A stretch of 64,000 nt of DNA, from positions 2,193 through 66,192 of the forward strand of contig CAZSVE010000003.1 of NCBI GenBank assembly GCA_964610175.1. Direction: 5' to 3'. The position numbers and the translations under genes were made by a program. Each line of letters opens with the position of its first letter. The stretch's first letter is position 1. The DNA is from an uncultured Thiotrichales bacterium. GTDB taxonomy: Bacteria; Pseudomonadota; Gammaproteobacteria; HK1. The notes under the pieces are model-generated. The model was not told the origin of the DNA and searched no databases. It saw nothing but the letters and a program-made list of their open reading frames with translations. Of this stretch, positions 29,000-39,339 are shown piece by piece.

Positions 29000-29099
29000 C
29001 TAGCGAGGCTTCGCCTCGGACCAATGAACCATAATCCTGCGCTAGTAAAGAACCGTTAGAACTTGGCTCATTTGTAAAGCTGAGCGGGAAATAAACAAA
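29000..29099 (+). repeat. F1, copy (1 of 3 in this gap)
   Basis: Reads CTAGCGAGGCTTCGCCTCGGACCAATGAACC...TTTGTAAAGCTGAGCGGGAAATAAACAAA. Confidence 0.85.
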
Positions 29100-29102
29100 T
29101 TA

Positions 29103-29207
29103 AAAGCTTCGCCTCGAACCGATGAGACATGATTCGGTAGTAGAGTAAAATCAGCGTGTTGTAAAACTTGATTCATTTGGGAATGCCGAGCGGGAAATAA
29201 AACAAAA
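29103..29207 (+). repeat. F1, copy (2 of 3)
   Basis: Reads AAGCTTCGCCTCGAACCGATGAGACATGATTCGG...GGGAATGCCGAGCGGGAAATAAAACAAAA. Head to tail with the previous copy. Confidence 0.85.
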
Positions 29208-29295
29208 TATTGGCAGCATAAATGATGCAAGAAATCACATTTTCCGATTCCGTGAGTGAAAAAGCGAACTTTTTCATCATCCTGATAGTGGAAGT

Positions 29296-29405
29296 CTGGC
29301 GAAGCTTGTGCTCGAACCGACAACGCATGACCCGGTATTGGCAAAGCGAGATTGGCGCCTTGTAAAACTTGATACATTTGTGAAGATGAGCGGGAAATAA
29401 ACAAA
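29296..29405 (+). repeat. F1, copy (3 of 3)
   Basis: Reads CTGGCGAAGCTTGTGCTCGAACCGACAACGCATGACCCGG...TGTGAAGATGAGCGGGAAATAAACAAA. Confidence 0.85.
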
Positions 29406-29564
29406 TTAGCTCTATCCTTCTCTTCGATGGCTTGCGCTTCTCCTCGATGATCTTCCTCTTTGCATTCGGTGCACCATTCCAGGGTAGCGCGGTTCCGGCG
29501 GGTTGGGATATATTTTTCGAAACAAGATCCGAAGAGACGACAAAGAAGGAGGGTTCGAGAGAAA

Positions 29565-30770
29565 ATGCGCAAGTCAAATAGTTTCCTTATCCTTGCATTG
29601 GTAACCGTAGTGGTAGTTATGGCGACGATCTATGTACAGCGGGAGTCCGGCAAGGCCGCCGTGGAAGAGGGATTTTTGTTCCCGGACTTGAGTGAAAAAC
29701 TGGATCGCACCGCCCAGGTACGGATCAGTAAGGGGGTATCCGTGGTCGAACTGCACCGCCAGGGGAAGGATGCCTGGAGCGTGCGGGATCGAGCGGATCA
29801 TCCAGCCAATCTCGCCAAGATATATGAACTTTTACTGGGGACAGCCGGGCTGGAGCGTCTGGAACAAAAGACCCGCAATCCGGAACGGTATGCACGACTC
29901 GGTCTCGCCGAGACGGCGAACGGAGATGAACAGGGGGCCATGCGAGTTGTCATGCAGGATGAACAGGGGGTGACGCTGGCCGATTATTTTATCGGTAAAC
30001 GTAGCACGGCGAAGGGACGGCGCGCGCGCGATGAGATGTATGTGCGGATTCAGGATGACCCCGTAGTCTGGCTCGTGGAAGGCATTTTGCCCTATGGAAT
30101 CGAGACGACGGATTGGTTGCGAGGGGAGATCTTGACGCTGGATGAAAAACGCATTCGAGGGGTGCGCATTACCCATCCGGATGGCGAAGAGGTAATCGTC
30201 GGGCGGGATGATCGCGAAGCAACGGATTATCGCCTGATCGGATTGCCGCAGTCCGCCAAGCCGAGATCATATCTCGTCAACGGCATTGCTTCCGACATGG
30301 CGAAACTGCGATTGCAGGATGTGCGGAGCATCGAGGATATAGACCTCTCGGACGGGAAACGCGGTACCAAGATCCGGCTGACCACCTTCGATGGTATGCA
30401 TATCACCATGAAAACGTGGCAGTTCGGACAGGACACCCTTGCGCGCTTCGATGCCGGTTTCGACCCGAAGCTGATTGAACCGGATCCGGAAAAACCGCAG
30501 GCTGCGGAAGGAGATACACCCATTGCAGCCGATTCCGGCAACGAAAATGACGCCGCAAAAAAGGAAACCGGAAAAAACCAAAAAGAGCCCGAAGGCATCT
30601 CCTCGGTTGAAGCGAAGCGGCACGACAGGGAGTCCGTGGAGAAAGAGGTGGACACCCTTTCCGAGAGGTGGCGCGATTGGGCCTACATCCTGCCCCAATA
30701 TCGTCTGAACAATCTCACCAAACGGATGGATGATTTGATCGAGAAAACCGCCGAATCCGATGCCCCGTAG
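29565..30770 (+). CDS. Membrane-anchored hypothetical protein (DUF4340-like)
   Basis: Track ORF 29460..30770. The start at MRKSNSFLILALVTVVVVMATIY gives a signal-anchor. The length and beta-rich periplasmic-type sequence resemble DUF4340 proteins. This assignment is tentative. Confidence 0.5.
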   Translation: MRKSNSFLILALVTVVVVMATIYVQRESGKAAVEEGFLFPDLSEKLDRTAQVRISKGVSVVELHRQGKDAWSVRDRADHPANLAKIYELLLGTAGLERLEQKTRNPERYARLGLAETANGDEQGAMRVVMQDEQGVTLADYFIGKRSTAKGRRARDEMYVRIQDDPVVWLVEGILPYGIETTDWLRGEILTLDEKRIRGVRITHPDGEEVIVGRDDREATDYRLIGLPQSAKPRSYLVNGIASDMAKLRLQDVRSIEDIDLSDGKRGTKIRLTTFDGMHITMKTWQFGQDTLARFDAGFDPKLIEPDPEKPQAAEGDTPIAADSGNENDAAKKETGKNQKEPEGISSVEAKRHDRESVEKEVDTLSERWRDWAYILPQYRLNNLTKRMDDLIEKTAESDAP

Positions 30771-30798
30771 CCCTGGCATGGCAACAACAAATGAGTCA

Positions 30799-30898
30799 CT
30801 GGCGAGGCTGCGCCTCGGACCAATGAAGCATGCTTTTGTATTAGTAAAGCACTCTTGAAATTCGATCCATTTGTAAAGCCGAGCGGGAAATAAACAAA
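30799..30898 (+). repeat. F1, copy
   Basis: Reads CTGGCGAGGCTGCGCCTCGGACCAATGAAGCATGC...TTTGTAAAGCCGAGCGGGAAATAAACAAA. Confidence 0.85.
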
Positions 30899-31062
30899 TC
30901 ATGTTGGTGCACAATCATATGGGTGGTACCCTGGAACCTTCCGGAAAGGACGAAGGGGCTACGCGCGCCCTGATCGGGGCCGGAAAGCTACTGGGAATCA
31001 TCGCATGGGATCATCCGATTATTTCGATGTTTCCTTTTTCACTAGCCGTTTAAGCACAAGTG

Positions 31063-33399
31063 ATGACTATCATGAAGCAATCAATCGAGAAATCTTACAC
31101 CCCTGAATCTCGCGATACCGGAGATGTTTCCAAGAGCGAAGGCTCGAAGACCATGCCAGGCGCGGACCCCATGGATGAGAAATCCGAAACCAAGGCCCAT
31201 TCCAAGGCGAAGGGCTCTGTTCATTCGGTGCCTGAATTCGATCTCGATGCCTCGGAACTCTATTCGAATCGGGAACTTACCTGGATTAATTTCAATCGGC
31301 GGGTTCTGCATGAAGCCGAAGACGAGCGCACTCCCTTGTTGGAGCGCGTGAAGTTTCTGGCCATTGTCAGTTCCAATCTGGATGAATTCTTCATGAAGCG
31401 CATCGGCGGCCTGAAACAGCAATTGGCAGCCGGGATGCAGAAGCTCACCGTGGATGGACGGACCCCGGCGCAGCAGCTCGTGGAATGCCACGCCCAGGTG
31501 CGCGATATCCGCCTGAAGCGGGAGGGGATTTACAAGGTTCTGGTTAAAAAGCTTGCGGAACACGATATCCGTCTCGTGCAGTACCCATCCCTCGACGAGC
31601 ATCGACGGGCCGAACTTCGCGAGCGTTTTATCCAAAGTATTTTTCCGCTGGTTACGCCGCTCGCCATGGACCCCGGCCATCCGTTTCCATTTATTTCCAA
31701 CCTTGCCCTTAATCTATTGGTAACGTTGCGTTATCCGGGCGGTACCGGCATCTACATGGCCCGGGTCAAGGTTCCCCTTATCAAGGGGGTGGCGCCTCGA
31801 TTTCTCCGCATCGGGGAGGGGAATACATTCGTCACCCTGGATGATGTGGTGGCGCATAACCTCGATCTGCTGTTTCCCGGTATGGAGATCGAGTCTTGTG
31901 ACCTGTTTCGGGTTACCCGTAACGCCAACGTGGAGACGGACGAAGAGGCCGCCGACGATCTCCTGGAGATGATCCAATCGGAGCTGCGCGAGCGCCATTT
32001 CGCGCCGATTGTTCGCTTGGAGGTGATGCCGGGAATGAATCCGACGCTTCGCGGCATGTTGGCCGCCGAGCTTGGCCTGGATGCCGAGACGGATGTTTTC
32101 GAGGTGCAGGGCACGATGGCGATGCGCGATCTCTTCGAGATTGCCATGTTGGATATCCCGGAGTTGCACGACCGTCCGCATCGTCCCATCGACCATCCGC
32201 GTCTTGCCCACAACCGCCAGAACATCTTTCACATCATCCGAAAGGGTCCCCTTTTGCTGCAGCACCCGTACGAATCCTTCGGTACCTCGGTGGAGCGCTT
32301 TCTTCGTACCGCGAGCGTGGACCCCAAGGTGCTGGCCATCAAGATGACGCTATACCGGACCTCATCGAGCGGGAACATCATTACGTCACTCATCGAGGCC
32401 GCGCAAAACGGGAAACAGGTAGCCGTGCTCGTCGAGCTGAAGGCGCGGTTCGACGAGGCCGCCAATATCCGTTGGGCCAGGCGCCTGGAGCAGGCGGGCA
32501 TTCATGTCACCTACGGCGTCGTCGGATTCAAGACCCACAGCAAGGTGATCCTGGTGGTGCGCAAGGACTACAACGGTATACAGCGCTATGCCCACATCGG
32601 AACCGGGAACTATCATGCCGATACGGCCCGGCTGTACGGGGACCTCGGGATATTGACCAACGATCAGGATATCGGTCGGGATTTGACGGAGTTATTCAAC
32701 TTCCTCACCGGGTACACGCCTCCGCTCGGTTACCGCAAGATTCTCGCCGCCCCCTATACCTTGAAACGGGGGTTATTGGAAAAGATCGATCGGGAAATCG
32801 GCAAGCACACGCCGGAATCTCCGGGGCTCATTCAGTTCAAGATGAATGCCCTGGAAGACTTCGATATCACCAGGGCCCTGTATCGCGCGTGCCAGGCTGG
32901 CGTCAAAGTGGAGCTCATCGTGCGCGATACCTGTCGGTTGCGTCCGGGTATTCCGGGCTTGAGCGAAACGGCGCGTGTTGTCAGCGTCGTCGGACGTTTC
33001 CTGGAGCATACGCGGATCTTCTATTTCCAAAACGGTGGCGAGGAAGAATATTACATCGGGTCGGCAGACATGATGAAACGCAACCTGGAAAGTCGCGTCG
33101 AGGTGGTAACCCCGGTGGAAAATCCCGATCTGCGCCAGGACCTTCGCATGATGCTCGATGTGCAACTCGCCGACCGCAGGAGTGCCTGGGATCTCAATCC
33201 CGATGGCAGTTACACCCAGAGAAAACCCGGGGAGGGGCAGGAAACCCATGGCTCCCAGGAAACCCTGATCACGGTTGCCGAGACCCGCCTGTCCGCAGCC
33301 CTCAAACACAAGCAGGGTAGGATTCGACGGAAACTCGTCAGTCGTTTCCAGAAGCGTTTGAAGACCATTGTGAATGGCCTGGGGGAAAACCGACCGTGA
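31063..33399 (+). CDS. ppk: Polyphosphate kinase 1
   Basis: ~778 aa. YSNRELTWINFNRRVLHEAEDERTPLLERVKFLAIVSSNLDEFFMKR is the canonical PPK1 N-domain. Two PLD-like C-domains are present (HSKVILVVR...). There is a ~65-aa N-terminal extension, so the start is uncertain. Confidence 0.95.
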   Translation: MTIMKQSIEKSYTPESRDTGDVSKSEGSKTMPGADPMDEKSETKAHSKAKGSVHSVPEFDLDASELYSNRELTWINFNRRVLHEAEDERTPLLERVKFLAIVSSNLDEFFMKRIGGLKQQLAAGMQKLTVDGRTPAQQLVECHAQVRDIRLKREGIYKVLVKKLAEHDIRLVQYPSLDEHRRAELRERFIQSIFPLVTPLAMDPGHPFPFISNLALNLLVTLRYPGGTGIYMARVKVPLIKGVAPRFLRIGEGNTFVTLDDVVAHNLDLLFPGMEIESCDLFRVTRNANVETDEEAADDLLEMIQSELRERHFAPIVRLEVMPGMNPTLRGMLAAELGLDAETDVFEVQGTMAMRDLFEIAMLDIPELHDRPHRPIDHPRLAHNRQNIFHIIRKGPLLLQHPYESFGTSVERFLRTASVDPKVLAIKMTLYRTSSSGNIITSLIEAAQNGKQVAVLVELKARFDEAANIRWARRLEQAGIHVTYGVVGFKTHSKVILVVRKDYNGIQRYAHIGTGNYHADTARLYGDLGILTNDQDIGRDLTELFNFLTGYTPPLGYRKILAAPYTLKRGLLEKIDREIGKHTPESPGLIQFKMNALEDFDITRALYRACQAGVKVELIVRDTCRLRPGIPGLSETARVVSVVGRFLEHTRIFYFQNGGEEEYYIGSADMMKRNLESRVEVVTPVENPDLRQDLRMMLDVQLADRRSAWDLNPDGSYTQRKPGEGQETHGSQETLITVAETRLSAALKHKQGRIRRKLVSRFQKRLKTIVNGLGENRP

Positions 33400-33842
33400 A
33401 CAAAATTGGCAGTGAGCGTGCCGCGGGATGCCAGGAGGATATGCCGCACAGTCGTGGCGACTTATGTCCCAGGATCATCCCGATGTCGATGGCGCCGAGC
33501 TATCCTGTTTTGCCAGGGTTTCCTGGATGACCCGCTGGGAACCTCGCAATCGGTAGGCCCATGGTCCTGTCGATACGGCATCACCAAGGTCGCCTTCGGG
33601 GTGTTCCCGTCCCGGAGGTGGCACACGGTTCACCTTCGAGGGTCGATACCCCCTTGGGGGCCGACCCTGGGCCCATGACCCTGGGCCCATGCCCCGGTTC
33701 CCCCTTCCAATAGACTCCATGTTTGAACTTGCTGCGTAATATTTCGAAAGAGTTCAAACAGGAAGTCTGATGTTTTCGACAATAACTGCGCCAGAAATCC
33801 CTTTCTGTCACAGTTACTTGCAAGTTAAAACATATCAGTCCC

Positions 33843-33969
33843 TTACTCGAAAAATCTCGAGCAAAACGCACGAAAATTCGTGGTTCGTCATTTTTCGCTG
33901 CGCGAGAAATCTTTCGCGTTCGGGGTGTCCGCCAAGTCGGAAGATCTCTCCCTTCTCGGTCGAGATGAT
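33843..33969 (-). repeat. F3, copy (tail + palindromic core, reverse orientation)
   Basis: CGAAAAATCTCGAGCAAAACGCACGAAAATTCGTGG is the reverse-complemented tail. It is followed by GTCATTTTTCGCTGCGCGAGAAATCTTTCG...GGAAGATCTCTCCCTTCTCGGTCGAGATGAT. Confidence 0.75.
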
Positions 33970-34241
33970 GGGGGAGTGCCTGGATTGACGATGGCATCAT
34001 CGAAATGTTTTGGTTTCGGCTTGTCCGGGTTAGGTCCTCGGGACTCGCTACGAACAACTATCTTGGTAACGGCAGGGTTTGCCGATATCCTGGCCTGCGG
34101 TTTCTGCTCTTCTCCGAAGAGCGTTTTCCCCGGGCGCGGTTGCCGATCTCGGAAGCAAAGCCTGTTCCCCTGAAATGAAAAATGAGTCCTTCCCGTCCTC
34201 CCGGTGCAGCTTTCGATAAGCCTCGATAATCGGCTGTACAA

Positions 34242-35222
34242 TCATCCTCTCCCTTTTCCGGCGAGAAAATCGGCGTATGTCGATGCCAGCCCCTTTTCTA
34301 AAGTGATCCTGGGTCGCCAGCCGAGCGCGAGAAGACGGCTGGTATCCATGAGTTTTCTCGGGGTGCCGTCGGGCTTGCCGGAATCGAAGGTGATCCGGCC
34401 CCTATATCCCACGGTTTCGGCGATCATCCGGGCCAGTTCGGCGATAGTCATATCGCTCCCATACCCCACATTGATGTGGGAGCGCATGGGTTCCATGTGT
34501 TGGCGGTACGCGGCCATGGGCAGGTTCATGACATGGATGCAGGCATCGGCCAGGTCGTCCACGTGAAGGAACTCGCGCCTTGGCGTACCGGTACCCCAGA
34601 TGGTTACGTTCGGGGCATGGTTTATCTTGGCTTCATGGAAGCGGCGGATCAACGCCGGAAGGACATGGCTGTCTTCCGGATGGTAGTTGTCATTGGGGCC
34701 GTAGAGATTGGTCGGCATGACGGATCGGTAGTCGACTCCATGGCTTTCGCCATACTGACGGTTGTAGCTCTCGCAAAGCTTGATGCCGGCAATCTTGGCG
34801 ATGGCGTAGGGTTCATTGGTGGGTTCGAGCGCGCCGGTCAAGAGGACCTCTTCCCGTATCGGTTGTAGGGCGAGTTTGGGATAGATGCAGTTGGACCCGA
34901 GAAAGAGCAACTTCCTGACGCCGCTTTGGAAGGCGGTATGAATGACATTGGTGGCTATCGTGATGTTCTGATGGATGAATTCCGCCGGGTAGGTGGCATT
35001 GGCCAGAATACCACCGACACGGGCGGCGGCGAGGTAGACCTGATCGGGTCGTTGTTGCCGGAAAAAGGCGCGAACGGCCTCCTGTTCGGTAAGATTCAGT
35101 TCCCCGTGACAGCGGGTGAGTATTCTGTCTTCGGGGTGGCCATTGGCCTCGAGCCTGCGCACGATGGCGGAGCCCACCAGCCCCCGGTGACCCGCGACAT
35201 AGATATTCGGTATGGGATTCAT
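34242..35222 (-). CDS. fcl: GDP-L-fucose synthase
   Basis: 326 aa. [17 protein letters not shown] (Rossmann GxxGxxG), SNCIYPK and YAIAKIAG (catalytic YxxxK). Collinear with WcaG/Fcl. Confidence 0.93.
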   Translation of the reverse strand: MNPIPNIYVAGHRGLVGSAIVRRLEANGHPEDRILTRCHGELNLTEQEAVRAFFRQQRPDQVYLAAARVGGILANATYPAEFIHQNITIATNVIHTAFQSGVRKLLFLGSNCIYPKLALQPIREEVLLTGALEPTNEPYAIAKIAGIKLCESYNRQYGESHGVDYRSVMPTNLYGPNDNYHPEDSHVLPALIRRFHEAKINHAPNVTIWGTGTPRREFLHVDDLADACIHVMNLPMAAYRQHMEPMRSHINVGYGSDMTIAELARMIAETVGYRGRITFDSGKPDGTPRKLMDTSRLLALGWRPRITLEKGLASTYADFLAGKGRG

Positions 35223-35496
35223 GACGTCTGTGGTTCAGGAACGTAGGAATGCCGCGCGTTGGCAATATTGAAAACGAATGCCCGTACCGTGTCCGCGGCC
35301 TTTCGTTCCCCGTGTCGTATCGGCGAGCGTATTTTATCGATGTTGTGGAGATAGGGGGATGGATCCATCATGATGGTATCGGCCTTGCGGGACAGCTCCA
35401 GGACATTGAAATGACGATAAAGGCGTATTTTACCTATGTTGAAATCATCTTCGATATTTTGTTCGGGATTTTACGGGTAGTGAATGTATGGTCTCT

Positions 35497-35659
35497 ATAT
35501 GCAATTCCTCCTCGACAATCGACATGACCGCGCGAATGTTCGTGGTTGTTCGAAGGGTTTTACCGATTGTGATTTCACGAAAATTCACGGGTAGTTTTTG
35601 CCATCCCTGGCATCTGGGTCCCGGCATTCCCTGCCGGGATGACGGAAGTGGTAAATTCC
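35497..35659 (-). repeat. F4, copy b (inverted relative to 4050..4212)
   Basis: The reverse complement aligns over all 163 bp with copy a, with ~6 mismatches by eye. Confidence 0.9.
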
Positions 35660-35687
35660 TACACAATCGCCTGAAACAACCTCTCTT

Positions 35688-35733
35688 GTCATCCCGACAG
35701 GGAATGTCGGGACCCAGACGCCAGGGACGGCAA
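35688..35733 (+). repeat. F4, 5'-module fragment
   Basis: GTCATCCCGACAGGGAATGTCGGGACCCAGACGCCAGGGACGGCAAC matches the first ~46 nt of F4. It is head to head with copy b. Confidence 0.75.
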
Positions 35734-35799
35734 CAGGATTTGGTTGCGGCTCAGCCGCGCTATGCTCTATATGTCTGTCCATGTGGATGAGGTGCCACG

Positions 35800-36483
35800 A
35801 TGTCGAAGACTGAACCGACCTATGATTCGGATCTTGCCCGGTGGGCCGATTTGCTTCGGGACATTTCGGCACGGGGCCTGTGCTACAGCAAGGATCCCCA
35901 TGACATCGAGAATTTCCACCGGATTCAGGCCATCGCCAGGGAAATGTTGGCCTCGTCCACGGGGGGAATCGATGGACGTGGACAGCAGATGCCCTGGGTC
36001 GAGATGCTGTTCCGGCGTCCTACTCCGGTAATCTATGGCGATGGTGCCCTGATAGACGGTAATGGTGCCGTGTTATTGGTGCAACGCGCGGATAACCATA
36101 CCTGGCTGCTGCCCGGGGGGGCGTTGGAGGTGGGGGAAAATGCCGCGCGGGGGGTTTGCCGCGAGGTCCGTGAAGAAACGGGTATTACCTGTACGCCAAC
36201 GAGTCTCGTCGGGGTGTTCGATGAGCCATGTGGCGTGGCCTGCTTTCCTTATCACATGTATATCCTGACCTTCCTGTGCCGGGTCGATACCCCGGATACG
36301 AGCGATTTCGTTTTGCCGCCGCACGAGATATCGGCGGCAGGATGGTTCGAAGAGGATGCTTTACCGGATGCCTTGTATCCGGGGGTCTCGCTACGGATTC
36401 GGGAGGCCTTCAAAAGCTGGCGTGGCGAACAGAACGCTTATTTCGATGGGGTTCGAGATGTACCGACAAGACTCATTGGATAG
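35800..36483 (+). CDS. NUDIX hydrolase with Nudix_N_2-type N-terminal domain
   Basis: 227 aa. N-terminal LARWADLLRDISARGLCYSKDPHDIENFHRIQ. Nudix box GGALEVGENAARGVCREVREETGI. Confidence 0.85.
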   Translation: MSKTEPTYDSDLARWADLLRDISARGLCYSKDPHDIENFHRIQAIAREMLASSTGGIDGRGQQMPWVEMLFRRPTPVIYGDGALIDGNGAVLLVQRADNHTWLLPGGALEVGENAARGVCREVREETGITCTPTSLVGVFDEPCGVACFPYHMYILTFLCRVDTPDTSDFVLPPHEISAAGWFEEDALPDALYPGVSLRIREAFKSWRGEQNAYFDGVRDVPTRLIG

Positions 36484-37207
36484 AAATAGTATCGAGGCGA
36501 CCCTGGAGGCCGCTCGGCGCATACGCACCCGGCCTTTTCTATACAAGATCTACCTGGATCTTTACGCCTTTTTGGAGCGGGAGCTGGAGAGCGCACCGTC
36601 GGGACCCCGGTTGGAGCTGGGCAGCGGTGGCGGATTCCTGGGCGAGCGGGTGCCCAATCTGATCACCTCCGATATCGTCCCTGTCCCTACCGTGGATCTG
36701 GTTGCTTCGAGCGTGGCCCTTCCCTTCGAGGGTGGTTCCCTGTCCGCCATTTGCATGATGAACGTGCTGCATCACATGGGCGATGTGTCGGCCTTTTTCC
36801 ATGAGGCCGAGCGTTGCCTGAAACCTGGCGGGAAGATCGTGATGATCGAGACCGCCAACACCGCCTGGGCCAGGCTCTATTTTACCCACTACTACCACGA
36901 GCCCTGCGACCCTGGCCAGGCGTCGTGGCAACTCCCCAACGCCGGTCGGATGACCGACAACAACACGGCCTTGCCCTGGATCGTGTTTTGTCGGGATGGC
37001 CGGTTATTTTCACACCGCCACGCGGGGCTTCGACTTGCCTCCATCGGATACACCATGCCGTTTCGCTACATCCTGAGCGGCGGAGCCTCGCGCGCAAGGA
37101 AAATACCCGATTGGTCCTTTCCGCTGTTGCGTGGCTTGGAATGGTGTCTCTCTCCCCTGGACCGATGGCTGGGCCTTTTCATGCAGGTCGTCGTTCACAG
37201 AGTGTGA
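36446..37207 (+). CDS. Class I SAM-dependent methyltransferase
   Basis: Track ORF 36356..37207. The start is set at MGFEMYRQ (or M at 36458). It has an LELGSGGGFLG SAM-binding loop and LKPGGKIVMIE. It overlaps the Nudix gene end by ~25-38 nt. Confidence 0.72.
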   Translation: MGFEMYRQDSLDRNSIEATLEAARRIRTRPFLYKIYLDLYAFLERELESAPSGPRLELGSGGGFLGERVPNLITSDIVPVPTVDLVASSVALPFEGGSLSAICMMNVLHHMGDVSAFFHEAERCLKPGGKIVMIETANTAWARLYFTHYYHEPCDPGQASWQLPNAGRMTDNNTALPWIVFCRDGRLFSHRHAGLRLASIGYTMPFRYILSGGASRARKIPDWSFPLLRGLEWCLSPLDRWLGLFMQVVVHRV

Positions 37208-37216
37208 GCCGTGCCA

Positions 37217-38143
37217 TCACCGGGGATCATCCATGGGATAGGGAAGGCTGAACTCGCTCGATGGCTCATGGCGGTACCGGTTCAGTACGGGGGAGTAGGT
37301 CCTGAACTGGATTCGGTCTTCTTCCGGGTGGAAATGCAGCACCCTCATCCAGCCATTGCCACCTTTTTCGAAGAATTGATAATTGGCCATGACCTGGTGA
37401 ACCAGGTTGCCATGCTCCCCCTTGTCGCTTCGTTTTGCCTCGCCGTGATCGTGTCCGCATAGAACCAGAAAGATGTTCTTGTGCCTTTTCAAGAACTTGT
37501 CCCAGATCGCCTGGGCGGTATTGCCTTCTATGGCATAGCTTTGGTGATGGAGATTGCGGTTTGCCTGTACATCGAGGAATCCATGGGTGAGTACGATGCA
37601 ACGATGATCGGGATACGCGTCGATGACCTTATCGGCCCATGCAATGGCCTCGTCCCGTGGCATGAATTCCAGGGTGATGACCATGAAATCCATGCCGTCG
37701 GCCGTAAAAAGGACGAAGTAATTGCTACTCGAACCCTCGAAATTCCCCCCATAACGATACAACGGGTTCCTCAGAAAACGGGAAGGGGGGAAATAGGCAT
37801 CGATCTTGGAATCGCGGCGATTGGAATAGGCGGATACGCCTTTTGGCGGATGGGGATCGTACCCCTGGTCGTGATTGCCGATGCACAATACATACGGTAT
37901 GTGTCTTTCGATTACCTGAAAGGCCTCGCAACCGAGTTGCCACTCGATCTCGAAATTGGATTGGGTGAGATCCCCCGCATGAATGATCAGCACGGCGTTC
38001 AAAGCATCCCTGTTTTCCAATATCCATTGTATCTGCCGATAGAAACAGTGGCGTTGGTCCGGGACACAAAAGTGCTTGCGCGTCCATTTCAGGCGCAGAT
38101 CGCAATAGCTTTGGGTATCGGGAAGCACGAAGAGCGTGAACAT
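37217..38143 (-). CDS. Metallophosphoesterase (calcineurin-like)
   Basis: 308 aa. Motifs FVLPDTQSY, HAGDLTQ, IGNHD, LTHGF and CGHDHG. Confidence 0.75.
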   Translation of the reverse strand: MFTLFVLPDTQSYCDLRLKWTRKHFCVPDQRHCFYRQIQWILENRDALNAVLIIHAGDLTQSNFEIEWQLGCEAFQVIERHIPYVLCIGNHDQGYDPHPPKGVSAYSNRRDSKIDAYFPPSRFLRNPLYRYGGNFEGSSSNYFVLFTADGMDFMVITLEFMPRDEAIAWADKVIDAYPDHRCIVLTHGFLDVQANRNLHHQSYAIEGNTAQAIWDKFLKRHKNIFLVLCGHDHGEAKRSDKGEHGNLVHQVMANYQFFEKGGNGWMRVLHFHPEEDRIQFRTYSPVLNRYRHEPSSEFSLPYPMDDPR

Positions 38144-38150
38144 GATATTG

Positions 38151-39212
38151 CTAGTTCGGGATCGGTGTGGCCCCCTTGTTGCTGGATTCGTAGCAGGCCT
38201 CTACCAGGGCCATGGTATGGAATGCGTCCTCCACGCTCGTGAATAGGGTGTCGTCCTCACCGGAGGCGAACCGTTGAAGATTGAGCATGGGTCCCATGAA
38301 GGCATCCGGAAACCAGTTACCCAGCAACGTGATCTCGGCCCAATCCTTTCCCTTGGTGGCAATCTCCAGTCGGTCGGGTTTCCCCCGCGGATAATCCAGA
38401 TTGACGCCCATGCGAGTGACGACGGCCCCCTGGGTGCCATCCACTTGCACACGGGAGAGCTCGTGTCGGGAGCCGAATTCGTGGGTATGGTTCAGGGACA
38501 GGCAGCAGCGGGTCGCATCGCCATAATCGAGGATGATACTGCTGCGGATATCGCGCAGATCCGGGAAAGATGGATGGCGGATCGTGCGTGCATATACGCC
38601 CCGGGGGTTGCCGAGCAAAGACCGGATCCAGTCCAGATAGTGGATCGAGTGCACCAGAATTTCGATGCGATCCATTTGCAGCATAAATAGAAATGTTTCC
38701 CACGGATCGCGCAAATTCAGATGAATATCCACATCGATAATGTCACCGATCAGCCCCCGTTCCATGGCATCGCGAACGGCAAGCATCATGGGACTGAAAC
38801 GCAGCTGAAAATTGATCGCCGCGGTCAGATGCTTATCACGGCACCGCCCGCGGATTTGGCGGGCGTCTTCCAGATTCTCTCCCATGGGTTTTTGGATCAA
38901 CACCGCCGCACCATCGGGCAGGCTATCCAGCGCGGTACATATTGCCGAGGGAGGCAGGGCCAGATCGAATACTACGTCCCGCATCGACACGGCTTCTTCC
39001 AGCGAATCGAAGACGCGATCGACGGCAAATGCTTCCGCCAGGGTTTGCGAACGGCCTTTGTCGATATCGAATAGACCGGCAACAGGAAGCCCTGCCTTGG
39101 CATAGGCAGGCAGGTGAGCATCACGAACGACATCCCCCGTGCCGATGATGACAATGGGTTTAGGTTCGCTGGGCGCGGGCCAGCGTTGATTCAGTGGTGG
39201 TACAGTCGACAT
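38151..39212 (-). CDS. Gfo/Idh/MocA-family oxidoreductase
   Basis: Track ORF 38151..39305, with the start set at MSTVPPL. It has an N-terminal Rossmann segment (IVIIGTGDVVRDAHLPAYAKAG) and a C-terminal Gfo/Idh/MocA-like domain. Confidence 0.78.
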   Translation of the reverse strand: MSTVPPLNQRWPAPSEPKPIVIIGTGDVVRDAHLPAYAKAGLPVAGLFDIDKGRSQTLAEAFAVDRVFDSLEEAVSMRDVVFDLALPPSAICTALDSLPDGAAVLIQKPMGENLEDARQIRGRCRDKHLTAAINFQLRFSPMMLAVRDAMERGLIGDIIDVDIHLNLRDPWETFLFMLQMDRIEILVHSIHYLDWIRSLLGNPRGVYARTIRHPSFPDLRDIRSSIILDYGDATRCCLSLNHTHEFGSRHELSRVQVDGTQGAVVTRMGVNLDYPRGKPDRLEIATKGKDWAEITLLGNWFPDAFMGPMLNLQRFASGEDDTLFTSVEDAFHTMALVEACYESSNKGATPIPN

Positions 39213-39339
39213 GTCATAACCTCCTTCATCTTGTTCGAATCGATAATATCGGCAACAGTGCGTCGGGCCGACGAGCGATCCCCGAGGAACCTCTGAAAAT
39301 ACCATCCGCGGTATTCCGGGAAATGATACTTTTCAGCGC

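Noticed and set aside
33581-34057. 158-aa ORF on the - strand downstream of ppk
   Set aside because: It is largely composed of F3 repeat sequence plus a 14-bp direct duplication (GACCCTGGGCCCAT x2 at 33663-33690), and it has no family features.
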